Assembly (NCBI RefSeq): GCF_009914755.1
Contig: NC_060928.1
DNA length: 64,000 nt
Origin: the human T2T-CHM13v2.0 reference genome, Homo sapiens
Direction: 5' to 3' (one strand)
Below the pieces are notes generated by a model. It saw only the letters and a program-made list of their open reading frames with translations. It did no database searches and was not told the origin of the DNA. Made by a program: the position numbers and the translations under genes. Of this stretch, positions 1-13,784 are shown piece by piece (position 1 is the first letter of the stretch; every line of letters begins with the position of its first letter).

Positions 1-1739
1 AGCATAAATATTTGTGTCCAAAAAAGAATAATGGCATTAAGATTTGGAAAACCTGGCTTCCTATCACTTTATAAAAGAGAAATAAATTAAAAATCAAGTA
101 TTTTGAACATAAACTAATATTGGTTAACAAAGTGACACAATTGCAAAACAATCTTATTTAAACTATCCTGATAAGAAAACAGTGTCTGAACTATGGGAGG
201 AAGTAATTTCTCCAAACCACAATTGGGGTAATTGCAAAAATCTGTTTTTATTTTTGGGCACCACATATTTTTCTGAAGTTGACAAGACAGCATCTTGAAT
301 TCAGTCACATGGATGGTATGTGAGGCTTGTTACTGCATTTGCCAGGAACATGTTGATGAAGCCATTGTCAGTGAACATAGATAAGAGTCTCCTTAGATAC
401 AGGCTCACATGGGGGAGAAAAGCATTTTAAACGATGACAGAAAAATGTTTTCCTGTTACTGATAACTTAAATATCTCATTCACTTTTGGTTTTAGAACAT
501 AGCCAAACTGAAGTTTAAGTTACAGGCTCATGCATATATCTGTTCTTTTGCTCTCGCTCTTTACCTTTTACTCTTATTTTAATTCCTGATAGCTCTGATT
601 GTTTTTTCTTATTTATGTTTGACCTCCATTTTTTATTATATGCCAGAATTTATTTAAAATCATTTAAATCATTTGTAGGATGAGGTGAAGTACTGTATAA
701 TAAATGAATGAATATGTGGATTAGTGTAATATTTACTAGGCTTTCAAAAATCGTTGCTAGAGTGGAGTATTTTAGCTTAAAAACACAAAAGATATTTTCA
801 GTGTTAACTACTATCTTATGAAAAAGGAGAATATAGATTTCTGTTGTTTCAAAGGACAGAAATAAGGCTAGTATGTGGAAATTACTAGGAGATAGATTCC
901 AACTCATTGTGATGAACATTTTTTTGAGTTAGTCTTAAAAGGGCAATAATAGGCTGCCCTGCAAAGCATTAGGTTTTCTATCACTGTTACCATATTTGAA
1001 CAGAAGCTGATAGCCCACTGGTGAGGATGATCCTCCATTGAGTGGGAGGCTGGACCAGATGAAATCTAAAGCTTTCTGTACTTTTGAGATTTTAATTAAA
1101 TACATATCATTGTCATCAATGATAATGGGATTCTATAAGAACATTTTTTTTTTTTTTTAGTAATCAGCATTAGTAATCATAATAATGGCACTAATGGCCA
1201 TCATAACCTAGTGTGGGACTTTACAGTTGCTTTTATCTAGGGCCTTATAAAAAGATATTTGTATAAGTATTTCTTCTCACCCCAATTTTAATGATAAGAA
1301 AATTAGAATGTTTCAATGTGAAATAACATACAAGGGTAATGAAATTGCCTACGCTGACCCTAAGTCAGCAAAAATTAAAGAGGCCACTAGTTAAACCACT
1401 AGCAGTGATTTACTAGCAAATGTTGACCTTGTTATGGCAGAGCCTTAGAAGGTCTGGGATGGATGGCCAGAAAAGTTTCAGCCAAGTAAGAGCTAGCTAA
1501 GATATCATGGATATTGAATTTGAACTTCCAGTGTTTAACAAAATGTCATGCTGCAGAGCTTTAGGAATCCAGTAAATACTGAAGTCCAGAATTCCTTGTA
1601 AGAGGAGAGAGGATCCTCAGGAACTCTCTCTCTCCTTCCCACTTCATCTGTGCCTTACTCGTTCAGACCAGCTACTTTCAATGACAAGGCACATTACTAT
1701 AGCAATCACTTAGAGACCCATGGGAAGAATGTTCTAGGC

Positions 1740-1922
1740 CAGTAATTCTCAACCTTGATCCTACTGACATTGGGGACTAGATAATTCTTTGTTGTGGGAG
1801 ACTGTCTTGTCCATTGTAGGATGTTTAGCAGCATCCCTGCCCGCAACTGTGACAACCAAAAATGTTTCCAACCATTGCCAAATGTCCATGGGAGAGAAAA
1901 CCACCCCCAGTTTAGAACTAGT
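1740..1922. mobile_element. MER20-like hAT/Charlie DNA transposon remnant
   Basis: CAGTAATTCTCAACCTTG...GATAATTCTTTGTTGTGGGAGACTGTC...GGATGTTTAGCAGCATCCCTG resembles the recalled MER20 consensus. Confidence 0.7.
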
Positions 1923-4900
1923 CTTCCAGACATAGAGAATAGAGAATGCAAAGCCTTGAACAGCATGAGATGTTGTTGCGGAAGCAGGAACAGATCATTC
2001 AGGGGTCTATAGGCCTTGGCAAGAATTTTGGATTTTATTCTATGTGAATGAAAAGTCATTGAACAATTTAAGTTGGGGAGTAACATGTCAATATTTTTAA
2101 AAGACTAATTGGCTGCTGTGTGGGAAATAGATTTAAAACCATGAGGATAAATGACATCTCAGGATCAGGCACTAAGGCACATCAACATTTAAAGCAGATT
2201 GAAAAGTACAAGAGAAAAGGAGGCTGAGAAAGAGAAGCCCATGAGGCAGGATGAAAGCCATAAAGGAATGATGTCACAAGAATTGAGATGAAGATGTCAA
2301 GGAGGGAGTGGTCAATTGTGACTAGATTTTTCTGGTTGACTCATCCCTGAGTCACAGCCTAGAGATTTCTCTTCTTGCCTAGCTATAGTTTCCCCTACAG
2401 TTCTTCTGTACCTTATTCCAAATGAATCATTCTGCCCCAGAACTTACAAAGGCTTCCCATTGTAGTCCTGTACTGGCCTTGTTCAATCCTGTTTCTAAAA
2501 CTTTGCTCTTTTAAGTTACATATCTTCCTCAATGCCTTCAAATACACTTGCTTATAATCCTTCCAAGCTGAAGTTCATATTTGATCTCCCACAGAAGCCC
2601 TCTCCAACTTTAGCCCACACAGATGACTCTATTCAAAAAAATCAACAAAACTTCCAATTTTTACTCCATCCAATAAACACTGCTTGTTAAGCATCTGTGC
2701 TAGGCACTGTGCTATGCCTTGGAAACATGAAAAAACAGAGAGCTTAGGTAGTAAGGAAATTCACTTGTCAGTCCTTATGGATGCATTTAGGAAAAAAAGG
2801 ATTCTGTCTAGTATCTAACCCTGAGTCAGTCATTGATCTACTACTTCCCTATGCTATATTTCACTCTACCCCACCCAGCTCAGTCATGGTTAAGCTGTTG
2901 ATTACCTCCTGGAACTACTGGGTTACAGCTCCGCAGGACACAATGTTGCTATTCCTACCAGACATTAGTGGCAGGGTGCATCTAGCCACAGGGTAGCACA
3001 TTTCTCAAAGTCTGAGTTATAATCAATCCAGAATAACACTAAGAGGTGTGTATATGTGCTGGTGGTGTGAACTTTGGCTAAGCCTCAGCTGAATGATCTA
3101 GGGTATTCTTTGGCATGCCAAGCCTGCTCCCTTTCATGATCTCTTTGCCTGTGTGAGGTGCAGAGATTGGTCTTCACAAATTTGGGTCCAGCCAATCAGA
3201 AACTAGGGAATCAAACCCACACACATGTCCCTCAAGGACAAATAGTAAGAATTAATATATTTTAAATCCTTGTTGTGACTTTCCCAATTACAAATTTTCT
3301 GGGAGCAACAGCTGTCCTGCAATGTCAATTTTCCATTTTTTCATGTTTGCTTCAGACTCTGCCCTCTTGATGCTTAAATTGGGTCCTATTACAACTCTAC
3401 CATTTAAGGATCGGTACATAGATATGCTAAAAACTGGTAGAAAGTATGAAATTATATAATTTTAAAAGTGTATAGTCAGGGTTTAGTCAAATTCTTGAGC
3501 AGGGTGAACTGAAGGGTATTCTTCTGTAATTGCTAAATAAGGAAGGGAGGTAGTATAAGCTATTATTATCCACAGTTCAAATTATTTCTCAAGGGTGGAG
3601 GTGGGGGTTACTCTGTCAGGTACATTTGCAGAGAAATAAATATAGTACAACATAATTGTTATAAAAATAAGTCCCAAAAGGGATGACAATTTTGTCTCAG
3701 AAAGTTATGAAAAGATCCATGGAGATAAGCATTCGAGAGAGAACCAAAGGATCTTGAGAGAACCAAGAACATAGAAAGCAAGGACTTTAGAAAGATTAAT
3801 GTGGAGGAACTGGAGGAAGAATGGCGATGAGTTTAACAGTGTGATCATGAAAGGCCCTGCCGGTGGGTAATGAAAAATTCTTAGCAGAGAAGTATAATGA
3901 TCGTATTTTCACGTTAGAAAAATTATTAATAGAATGGAGGTTGGACTGGTGTGGGAAATAACTAGAGGATATCTTGTGAATATTGCAATAGTACAAGGAA
4001 GATGAGTCATAAGAGATGGTGATTACTTGAAGGACTAAGACAGTGAGAGTGGAGGGGTGGATCTGAGAGATACTTAAGGAAATAAGAGTCAAAATTTGAT
4101 ATTAGAAAAGAGGAAATGAAGGAAAAGTAACAGGGGTACTCATAGATTTCTGACTTGGGCAGTTGCGTGTCATTTTCTGAAACAGGGAATGGAAATGGTG
4201 TAGGTTCCAGATGGGTGAAGAGGGACATGGCATCAGGAACAGATTATAGTAAAGATGTCCATGCCAATTTGGGACATATTTAAGATACTGTGTGAAATCC
4301 AAAGGATGTTGCTTAAAAATGTCCGACGTATAGATATACACCTGAGAGTTCTTGGTGCACAGGACACGTGGTAGGTAAATCCATGATGGGAAAGAGACTG
4401 CTCAAGGAGACATGGATTAACATTAAACAGAAACAGCAAAAGAAAATGGAGTGCTGGCGAACAGAGACCACGCAGCGGAAAAACAGTATTTAAAGTGCAC
4501 CAGAAAAGTAGCTGCAGAATGAGGAGAAAATGACATTAGAGAAACGGAGGGAAGAGTTAATGGTGTGCTCTTATTGTTTTAAAAATGCAGAGTAGGATCT
4601 TTTTTTCCCCCACCCCTCCCAAAGTTTTTAATATTTTGAGGGCAGAAACCACGGCTTTATTTCATCCTATTTCTGACAGTGCCTAGTTCAGTAAAGGGAA
4701 CATAGTAAATGCTCAATAAATTCTTAATGATTCAGCCTCAGACATTACAAACGGGTCCTATTTGTCTCCTGTATCAACGACCAATATTTCTTCCCCCTCT
4801 TTCTTCAAATAAACTTTTAGAAGTGCCTCTGGGTTTACTGAAATCCATTTTTACAATTAGTATGTTCAACTTACACCAGCTTTGGAATGAGTTCCAAAAC

Positions 4901-5439
4901 CTTCTTTATTTACTTGAGAGATATTCGGTATCAGTGACGATGGGTTTTTCCTTTACTACTATTCCTAAGAAACGTTTTTCAAAATCAAAGTTTAGCCCAA
5001 TTCCCAGCAGTACCTTTTAACTTAAAACCTGTTCGAAAGCACGGCAAAGAGGCGGACAGACTTTTCTGACAATCATTAACCAGGTCAACAGACTTATTAA
5101 AGCTATCTAATTAAAGGCAAGAAACAACTGCTTGGGTAATACACATTCACGCCACAGGAAGCCATTTAACTGCAAATAGATCGTCTAACGACTCACGGAA
5201 ATCTAAAGGAAACTGCGTGTCCGCATGGGGTTCTGATGCCAAACTACGGATTGTTCTCTCAGGTAACACCTAACCTAAGTGAAGTCCTTGGTGGATCCGC
5301 GTTCTTGAGCTTAGAAAATACCGAATGAACTACCAAGAGCACCAGAATAATCGCCTCCTCCTGAAGAACTAGCCTCTTTCTCACCACACCAGACAGCACG
5401 TCCTACAACCACCTTTCCCCCAACAACCAAACTCCAGCG

Positions 5440-6290
5440 CCAAGCTGCCGCTTTTGCAGAAATGTTCTATCTCTTGGTCTCGCGCGATCTCGCGCCTCCG
5501 AGGAAGCCAACTGTATCGCGCACGCCATCAAATCCCCGCGGGAATAGAATTCCGCAGGTCCAGAAAGCCGGGAAATCGCGAGCGGAGGCGGAGTTACCTC
5601 GGTGAGCGTGAAGGCGGAGCCCGCTCCAAGGGGCGGGCTCGAGGCGGGGAGAGGGGCGGGGCTCCAGGGACCTGTTGATCGCAGGTGTCACTGGCCTGAC
5701 TGGTCCCTGGGTATTGGGGCGTATGCGCATGCTCCGCTCACAGGGTCGGGCTCTGGGCGGCGGAGACCAGCCGCCTGTGCTCCAGTTCCCGGTGAGCCTC
5801 GGTACTGCGGCAGCAGTCAGTGTGTCTGGCGGGTGTCGGCGTGAAGCGGGGCTGGGCCAGCGGGAGGTAGCTCTGTGGGAGTGGAAGGCCTGTATTTCTC
5901 TACCTGGACCGCACGCTCCTCGCGCAAGGAGGGTAGAGCTCAAGGTAAGTCTCCGAAACTAGCCCTCTGGTTGGAGATCCAGAGACCTGCGACCCCCGCG
6001 GGCCTGACCGGGACACTCTCATTCTAGCCCCAGAGCTCGTCTCTCCCCTCGCAGCCCGGCGACCTCCTACGGCCCCGGCCCTCTGGGCACACACACACTC
6101 TCTTTGCTGGGCGGTTCAGACGCCAGAGGTCACGCAGCCCTTTCGCCCCTTCTCGCCGCGTCTGGCGGAGATGCCTCTGGCCAGGCTGGAGGCGCTCGCG
6201 AGGCGGGAGGAGGTGCTGTACTTGTTGGGTCCTGGATGTTATTGCTGCCGTGTTTGAGGGCGGCGACAAGCTGGAGTCCTGCTGGGATTG
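5440..6290 (+). promoter_or_regulatory. USP53: CpG-island promoter of USP53
   Basis: Sharp GC/CpG-rich island in an AT-rich background. GC boxes GGGGCGGG at 5630 and 5653, NRF1-like TGCGCATGCT at ~5724, TCTCGCG at 5478 and 5488, five G-tracts at 5630-5661 (G4 potential). Confidence 0.9.
5700..5944 (+). other. USP53: Probable non-coding first exon (start approximate)
   Basis: Perfect donor AAG|GTAAGT at 5944/5945 inside the CpG island. Further donors CGG|GTGAGC-like at 5601 and 5791, and ATT|GTGAGT at 6289, suggest alternative first exons. Confidence 0.7.
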
Positions 6291-6711
6291 TGAGTAATAC
6301 CCTTACTTGGCTCCTGCCCCTGGCTGTCCAAGCCACATTGCCTCGCCTGAGCACACAGTTTTTTACTTAAAGGGGTCCAGGATGGTTATGCTCCCTCCTT
6401 GGAGAAGAGAGATGACTGGACTCGTGAGATTCTTGGGGTGGTGGTTTCTCAGTGGTAGTGGTGATGTATATAAAGTTAATGTTTAGCTTCTAAAGGGCGG
6501 CTTACGGGGCATTTACCAAACTATTTTTAAACAGTGTTGGAGAACAGGAAGTACTTGCACAGGTGTAATAGGGAGGGTTTCTAAAACCTGCAATCTGAGG
6601 ATGTTTTGAGGTTTGTAACCCTGCTACAAGGTTTTCTTTATCAATGCAAAGTATGCAGGGAATTACCAGTTGGACAGCAAAGTTTTCCGAAAGTTTCCTT
6701 ATCTGGAAATA

Positions 6712-6712
6712 G

Positions 6713-6750
<38 letters not shown>

Positions 6751-6776
6751 ATGTATGTATGTATAAATATATATAT
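6712..6776. repeat. (TA)n(TG)n(TATG)n compound microsatellite
   Basis: Read directly from the sequence. Confidence 0.95.
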
Positions 6777-6828
6777 TTGCAAAGAATATCTAAGGCTATT
6801 TTTGAGGTAGGTTTAATAGTAAACTTAA

Positions 6829-6973
6829 CCTGTAGTCCCAGCTACTCGGGAGGCTGAGGCAGGAGAATTGCTTGAACCGGAGGTTGCAGTGAGCCGAGAT
6901 CGCGCCACTGCATTCCAGCAGGGGCGACAGAGCCAGACTCCGTCTCCAAAAAACAAACAAACAAACAAAAAAA
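6829..6973 (+). mobile_element. Alu right-arm fragment
   Basis: CCTGTAGTCCCAGCTACTCGGGAGGCTGAGG...GACTCCGTCTC followed by an A-rich tail. Confidence 0.9.
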
Positions 6974-7150
6974 CGCAGTACACTTAGGAAGGAAGGTTTT
7001 TGTGATTAAGATCTGATTCACTTTTAGTTATTAAAAGAAAAGGCTTGCTGATTTTCACTATTTAAAATGAGTAGCAAGTGCTAACACAAAATGTCTGTTG
7101 GAAATGAACTTTTAGTTACATTGATAATTGTTATTTTCTGTTCTTTTCAG

Positions 7151-7303
7151 TTCCGTGATGATGGTCTAAGCAAAGACCCTTCGTCCTGTTAAAGATAAAT
7201 TAAAAAAAAAAAAAAAAAACCAAAGGGAACAAAACTTACTCTGCAAAAGTAATATATGATTTACCTGCTGTTGTCATAAGAATTCCAAATAGACAAACTC
7301 GGT
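7151..7303 (+). other. USP53: Probable 5'UTR exon (153 nt)
   Basis: Acceptor TTTTCTGTTCTTTTCAG| and donor GGT|GTAAGT; contains an A18 run. Confidence 0.7.
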
Positions 7304-9178
7304 GTAAGTAGGAGTTAATTATAGTCTGAGAAATAAGGTTTTTGTTTTGTATCTCAAAGGCTTTTAAAATAAGCTCCTTGATACAATTTGTGCAGGTTCG
7401 TGTTTACTGGTGATAAACCATGAAAGTGATTTATTAAGATTTTTTCATTAATGAAACTGGGAGGTTTGTGTATTTCTTCCTAACGTGTAAAAAAGAGACT
7501 AAGAACTGGCCTTTCCTTTTTCCTAAGAATTTTAACAAATATTTTTAAAAATGTATGTAGATTGTGTAAGTTCATGGAATTTGATACTAATAATCAATTC
7601 GTTAATATTTTCACTAAACAATGCATAAGATAGTTTTAAAAAAGATATTTTAATGGGAAGGTAGACTTTTCCAACTAGTGTATTCTTTTCCTTAAAAAAA
7701 AAAAAAAGAAAAATCACAATACTCTTAAGACCTGCCATATGTGCTGTGATTCAAGTTCTTTTATATTGTTTAATGTTAGATGTTTATTTTAAACTGTGCA
7801 GTATCAAGAAATACAACTTTGGTACCGTATGGTTTACAAGTTTGTTTTAGCAAGACAAAGTTTAAAAATGAAAATTTTATCTCATTTAAGGTTATATGTA
7901 GCTTTAAAAGCCAAAATCAGAATTATTTTCCCTCCTGGAATTGTTTGGAACTCTCTTACTTACTGGGGTAGGAGGGGGTACATTGCTTTACCCTACAACT
8001 TTCCGAAAACACAGTTGATCTTTATAAAGTGATGGAATAAACTATCCTACAAAGATGTTTGGTTACTAAAATACTTAGAAGATCCTTTTTGACAGCTTTA
8101 ACTGTAAGGTATTTCTTGTAGAACTCAAAAACAACCTGTAGAAAGTTGGGTAGTTTATATATTGCATCTGGAAGCATTTTTAACACAGTGTGCTAGGTGT
8201 GCTAGGGCCAAAATGATTGCCAGTTTCGCTTACTCTGCTCATGAGCTCTTGTTTTAAGGAGGGAAGTATGCTGATTTATGTTATCTTTGCAGAGCTAGGT
8301 AGAAATTAATGATGTTACAAATATAGTATTATTATATTGTTAATTTTATACTGATGATTTTAGAAAATTTTGCATTATGGTATTTGCACATGATAGGAAC
8401 AAGAAACGGATGCAACCTGCTCTACTACAAGTAAAAATCCTCAAAGGTTAAATTTTAAATAGCTTTATGTAATATTGTAATCTTTGCAGGTTATACATTT
8501 TTTAAAATTAATAATAAGAATACCATAGATACCATGTACAGTATATAGAATATTTAGGCAAATAATATTCTGTGCTCTTCCAGGTTAACTCATATCCTCT
8601 ATCAGGAATTGTTGAACCAAAAGCCCATGATTAGAACTGTGGTCTGTGGTTAGAATTGAGTTTTAATATAATTGGTTTTCTTTGTGATCTTAGTATTTTT
8701 TTTTCTTTTTCTTTTTTTTATGCTATGAATTTTATTTTGTTCATTTACAAACATTATTCATAGGGGGCTTCATTAGGCCACCAAAGATGTCCATGATACA
8801 AGAAAAGGCTACAAACCATTGCATCTGGCTAAAGAATTATGATTTTACATGAGACTTCAGAAGAGTTGCTTCATATACTCTGCAGTTCATCAGAATTTTT
8901 TCTGCAAAATAAACCTTATTCCAATATCTTAGCTATTTTTATGAACAAAATCAGTTATTTGAGGTGTCATGGTATTTTTGAATTAATTTGAAGATAACAT
9001 TAGTTTTCAATTTTACACATATTACAAAAAAGAAGTTTTAAGAAATACCCTTCCTTTGGAAGTTTTTTACTGCTGCGCTTTTCTGAGTTAGAAGTATTGA
9101 ATAAACATTATTGACCTCCTATTGTATGCTAGGCATAGTGCTAAACACTAGAAAGTCAAAAGTTAATTAGACAATGTT

Positions 9179-9474
9179 GGCTGGGTGCTGTGGCTCACGC
9201 CTGTAATCCTAGCACTTTGGGAGGCTGAGGCAGGCGGATCACTTGAGGCCAGGAGATTGAGACCACCCTGGCCAACATGGTGAAACCCTATCTGTACTAA
9301 AAAATACAAAAATTAGCCAGGCGTGGTGGTGCACACCTGTGGTCCCAGCTACTAAGGAGGCTGAGGCAGGAGAATCACTTGAACCCAAGAGGCGGAGGTT
9401 GCAGTTAGCTGAGATTGTGCCGTTGCTCTACATCCTGGGCGACCGAGTGAGACTCTGTCTAAAAAAAAAAAAAA
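9179..9474 (+). mobile_element. AluS
   Basis: Full dimeric Alu with polyA tail. Confidence 0.95.
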
Positions 9475-10629
9475 TCATTAAGTAGTTATTTTTCTGAAAA
9501 CTTATACTTTGGTTGAAAATTTCTAAATCAAGTCTCTGTTGCTGACACTTACTTCAGTCACTTTATCTTTCTTTCTGATCCATTGGCTGTTAACATTTTA
9601 ACTCATTTTCTCCTTCTCTCCTTTCTAGTCCAGAAAGGTTTTGTAAATGAATATTTACAACAATTCTGTGGTGAAAATCCACTTATAATGTGAAGTATTC
9701 CCAAACATTCATTTTATAAATTAGGTTTTTCATATGCTAGATATTCTTAAACTAGGATAGCTCCGTAACAAAATTGCTTATGATTTACTAAGAACAGCTA
9801 CTAAAATTTTAAAATTAAGAAATTGATATTTCATTGAACAATTTATCTGATCTCATTAATCTGAATTAAAGCAATGGTTAAGTTTAATGTATCAGTTTAA
9901 GGTATTTCCTTAAAGATAGCAAAATGGAGTATAAAATATATAATACAGCGTCTGCTTTTTTCTAAATCCTTGTTGACATTGTTAAAAATCATTTTACGTG
10001 GAAGATAATGTTATTATAATTAGCCTGCATTCGTTGAATGCCTATGTTTTGGCCATTTATTAGGTATTTTATACATGGTTTATGATTCTCACAGTAGCCC
10101 TATGATTTTGATTATAGATGATGAAACTGATAGATTTTTAATGATTGAGTAGTTGAGCAATGTGTTGTAAACTTTATATCAGAGGAGGAATAAAATATCT
10201 ATGGGAATTATAAGGTCACTATCAGGGTATGGATTCCATCCTTGTCAAGAAGCCATCAGGGTATTCTTTGCCCATCAGATACCTCATTCTTTGGCTTTTT
10301 CTTAACTCCTCAGCCTGCATAATAAATTGTTGCCCCTCTCATGGTGCCCCTCCCCATACTTAGGTGAGCAGATTGAGCCCTAAATTTTTCCTCCTATATG
10401 ATGCTACCATATAGGCATGAGATAATGCTCCTCCTTTGTCAGTGTAGTACTGACACTGACCTACCTGCCAGATGGTAGGAAATTGTCCTATACTTTAGTG
10501 CCTAGGTTGTCTTTGTTAGGAACACTGTTTTTTCCAAAGGGTTTGTTGTTTGAGATTTTACTTTGTTTCCTGAGCTTCCTTTAATAAATATTTGATGAAA
10601 ACTTAACCATGCACTGTGTTCTGTTCTAG

Positions 10630-10753
10630 ATGCTTGGGATTTGCTTTACATTCTAAGTGGATTTGGAGAAGAGACAATAAAGAATAAGCAGTCAATTCTA
10701 TAATATATTTAGAAGGAGAAAAGTGCCAAGGAGGAATGAAAAAGTAGAACAAG
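10630..10753 (+). other. USP53: Probable 5'UTR exon (124 nt) within an old L2-like region
   Basis: Acceptor TGTGTTCTGTTCTAG| and strong donor AAG|GTAAGA; the flanking ~10560-11350 looks like degenerate L2. Confidence 0.55.
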
Positions 10754-12237
10754 GTAAGAGGAATTTGGAAAGCGTGGTAGAGATTGTGATGGTTTGCAAT
10801 TTTAAATAAGTGTAGGCCTCATTTAAGTGACTTTTTTGGCAAAGCAATTATGAAGGGAGGGAGGGCAAAGCCATGTGGGCGTTATGGGGGGAATGTATTC
10901 CAGGCAGGGGAATGGCCAGTGCAAACAATATAGAGAACAGAAGTTTGTATAGTGTGCAGGAATGAGAAGGAGGCTGATGTGGCTGGAATGGGAAAGCCAA
11001 AGGTCAAGTAGTTAGATGAGGGGCTGGGCAGATAGTGACATTATGATTTAATTTTAGAAAGATCTCTGTCTACTCTCCAGAATAGACTTATATGTTACTG
11101 TGTAAAGGGTAGAAGCCAGGAGACAAGCTGCTATTTTTTTAATCCACACAAGATGTGATGATGGCCAAGACTAGAATTGTTGAAGTGGAGGTGGTGAAAA
11201 GTGGTCAGATCCTGAAATATGACAGAAAAAGGAGTCAAAGATGACATCAAGATATTTGTTCTCAGCAACTGGAAAGATAAAGTTGCCATTGGCTGAGATG
11301 GGGAGGAAGGTATAGATAAAGTAAGAGTTCAGTCTGGGGCTTTGTCAAGGCAAATAAATGTTAGGTTATTGCTGGCTTGACATAATTTTCTTCTGGAGAT
11401 CATGTCTTAAAAGTAGACTGCTGTAAGCCATTTTCTTTAATGACCATGTCCTATATTCTGGATACATGTGTATGCTTGTCTTTTGCTAGTTAGTTACTAG
11501 TGGAAACTAGTGAATAGGTAAAAGCAACATGAAATATAGCACGGTTTTTTGTTAGACACAAAGAAATAGAGCAAAAAAGTGGAAACATTGAAAATTACTT
11601 AAAACTTACTGTTTTTTTGTTGGCAGTATTATAGTCTTTTTTCTTATTAATTTTATTTTCTGTGTTTTATAAATTTTCTACTGTAGTCTTCTCTAATTCC
11701 TCCATTTCTAGAGTGACAATGGTTTTACACATCAAAGAATATTTATTCTTCAATTATACCTTCCTTACTATAATCCTTTAGCTTTATAAACACAGTTACT
11801 TCTGTAATGAAAGATATATTTTTTCTTTTTTCTGACACTATCTACTTGAAGATGAAGAGTTTTTTTGTATTACTTCAACTTGGTATAACTCTTCTGTTTG
11901 CTATCTAGTTATCTAAAATAAAATCTTAAATACTTCTAGTAAGATGAGCAGTTGTAGCATATCATCAGAAAGTCCTCAGTGTATCTTTGAGGTGCTATAT
12001 TGTTAGTGAAAAGATGTTAATATGAAGTTTTACTTTACAGTTTGATGGCTAGGACTGTGTACTATTAAGAACATATTTGCAGTGATTCTGTGCTAATATG
12101 GAATTATGGATATTTCTAATTTTCTTTATGTAGTATTTCTGTGGTATTTCAGAAATCTAATGAACAAGTACTGTTTGATAATCAAAAAAATCCATACACA
12201 TAAAAGAACAAAGAGTCTCATGGCTTTATCAACTATT

Positions 12238-12656
12238 ATATTAGTTTCCTAGGGCTGTTGTAACAAAGAACCACAAACTGGGTGGCTTAAATGACAGAAA
12301 TTTATTCTCTCACAGTTCTGGAACTAGAAGTCCAAAATCCAGGTGTCAGCAGGATTGGTTCCAACTGAGGGCTCTGAATAGAATCTTTCCTTGCCCCTTC
12401 CTAACTTCTGGCAGTGGCTGTTCATCTTTGGTGTTCCTTGACTTGCAGCTTCATCCTTCCAGCCTCTGCCTCTGTCATCATTCTCTCTCTTTCTCTTCTT
12501 ATAATGACTGCTACCAGTCACATTGGATTAGGGTCCACCCCAGTGACCTCATCTTAATCTGATAACATTTTCAAATACCCTGTTGCCAAATACATTGACA
12601 TTCATAGGTCTGGGACTTGGACATATGTTTTTGGGAGACACAATTCAACCCATAAT
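12238..12656 (-). mobile_element. MLT1 (ERVL-MaLR) solo LTR
   Basis: TTAGTTTCCTAGGGCTG...CACAAACTGGGTGGCTTAAA...CACAGTTCTGG...TTCAACCCATAA. Confidence 0.8.
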
Positions 12657-13784
12657 AGGTATAATGAATCAGGTTTAAGATGCCATTATCATTTACCCAG
12701 ACCATTCTAGTAGCCTGATAAAGTTATTGGATGTTAGAATTTGAACAAATTCCATATAGTGTCATCCCCTTTTGGGGGAAAACACCTGTTAAATAATTTA
12801 TATAGCATGGTGAAGATTACCTAACTAATTATGTATTGGGCTTAAGTTTTGGAAGGAGAAAAGATAGTTTGATAGTCTTGTCTAGGGTAATGAAGGAGAG
12901 TGGCCCTGGAATCTTGCCTTTTAGGATAAAATTATTGCTGGTAAAGCACTGACTCATAAGAAAACAGCAGTGACTTATTTCCTTTCTTTTCTTTTCTTTC
13001 TGTCTCTCTCTCTTTCTCAAAACTTCTGGTTCATTTTAAAGTTCAAATTTAAGTTTTTTATTTTAAAATATTTTATTGGAAAGTATTAATAACTGATATT
13101 AAGCACTTAATAAAGTTAAACATTTTGTTTTTTCTTATTTAAGCCTTACAGAAATTTTAATAACAGTAAATGTTGTAATTATCCTTATTTTACAGGCAAA
13201 TGTGGATATATGTTTATAACTGCACAAATGAATTCTGAAGGGACACATAAGACATTGGTATTGGTTGCCTATGGGGAATATAATTGATATGGGGGAGACT
13301 TGGTTTTCCTTGTATGCTCTTCTATATGGTTTAAAAAATTATTTATGAAAATTAAATATATACTAAAAAAGAGGGAAATTGCTGAGTTTTTCCTTTTAGC
13401 TGCACTATTAACTCTTTTAGGAAAAAGCAGTGATCTATCAAATTGTATTGAGATATTCAGTAGATCTGCTACTGAAGTACTTATTTACATTGGAGTTAAA
13501 AACACAAATGCAGTTTGACAAATATAAATTCTTAGAAAAAGTAAGTTCTACTCTTTTATTTGGGGATATAATATTTTACTTATTTCATATTTGCAGTGTT
13601 GTAGGGTAATGCAGTTGCTTTTAACAAGCCATAAGTGAACTTCTGAGAATTTCATTCAAAGTAAACAGTTAGGAGAATATAAGATCCTTTGAAGTGATTC
13701 TGCCAGTTTTCTAATTTTTTTCTTTAAGAATTTCTTAAGCATTGTGAAATATATTTATGTATTTAAACTTTTAGAAATTTATGC

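Noticed and set aside
5454-6370. Several 64-158 aa ORFs on both strands
   Set aside because: By-product of the GC-rich CpG island (few stop codons); no recognisable domain
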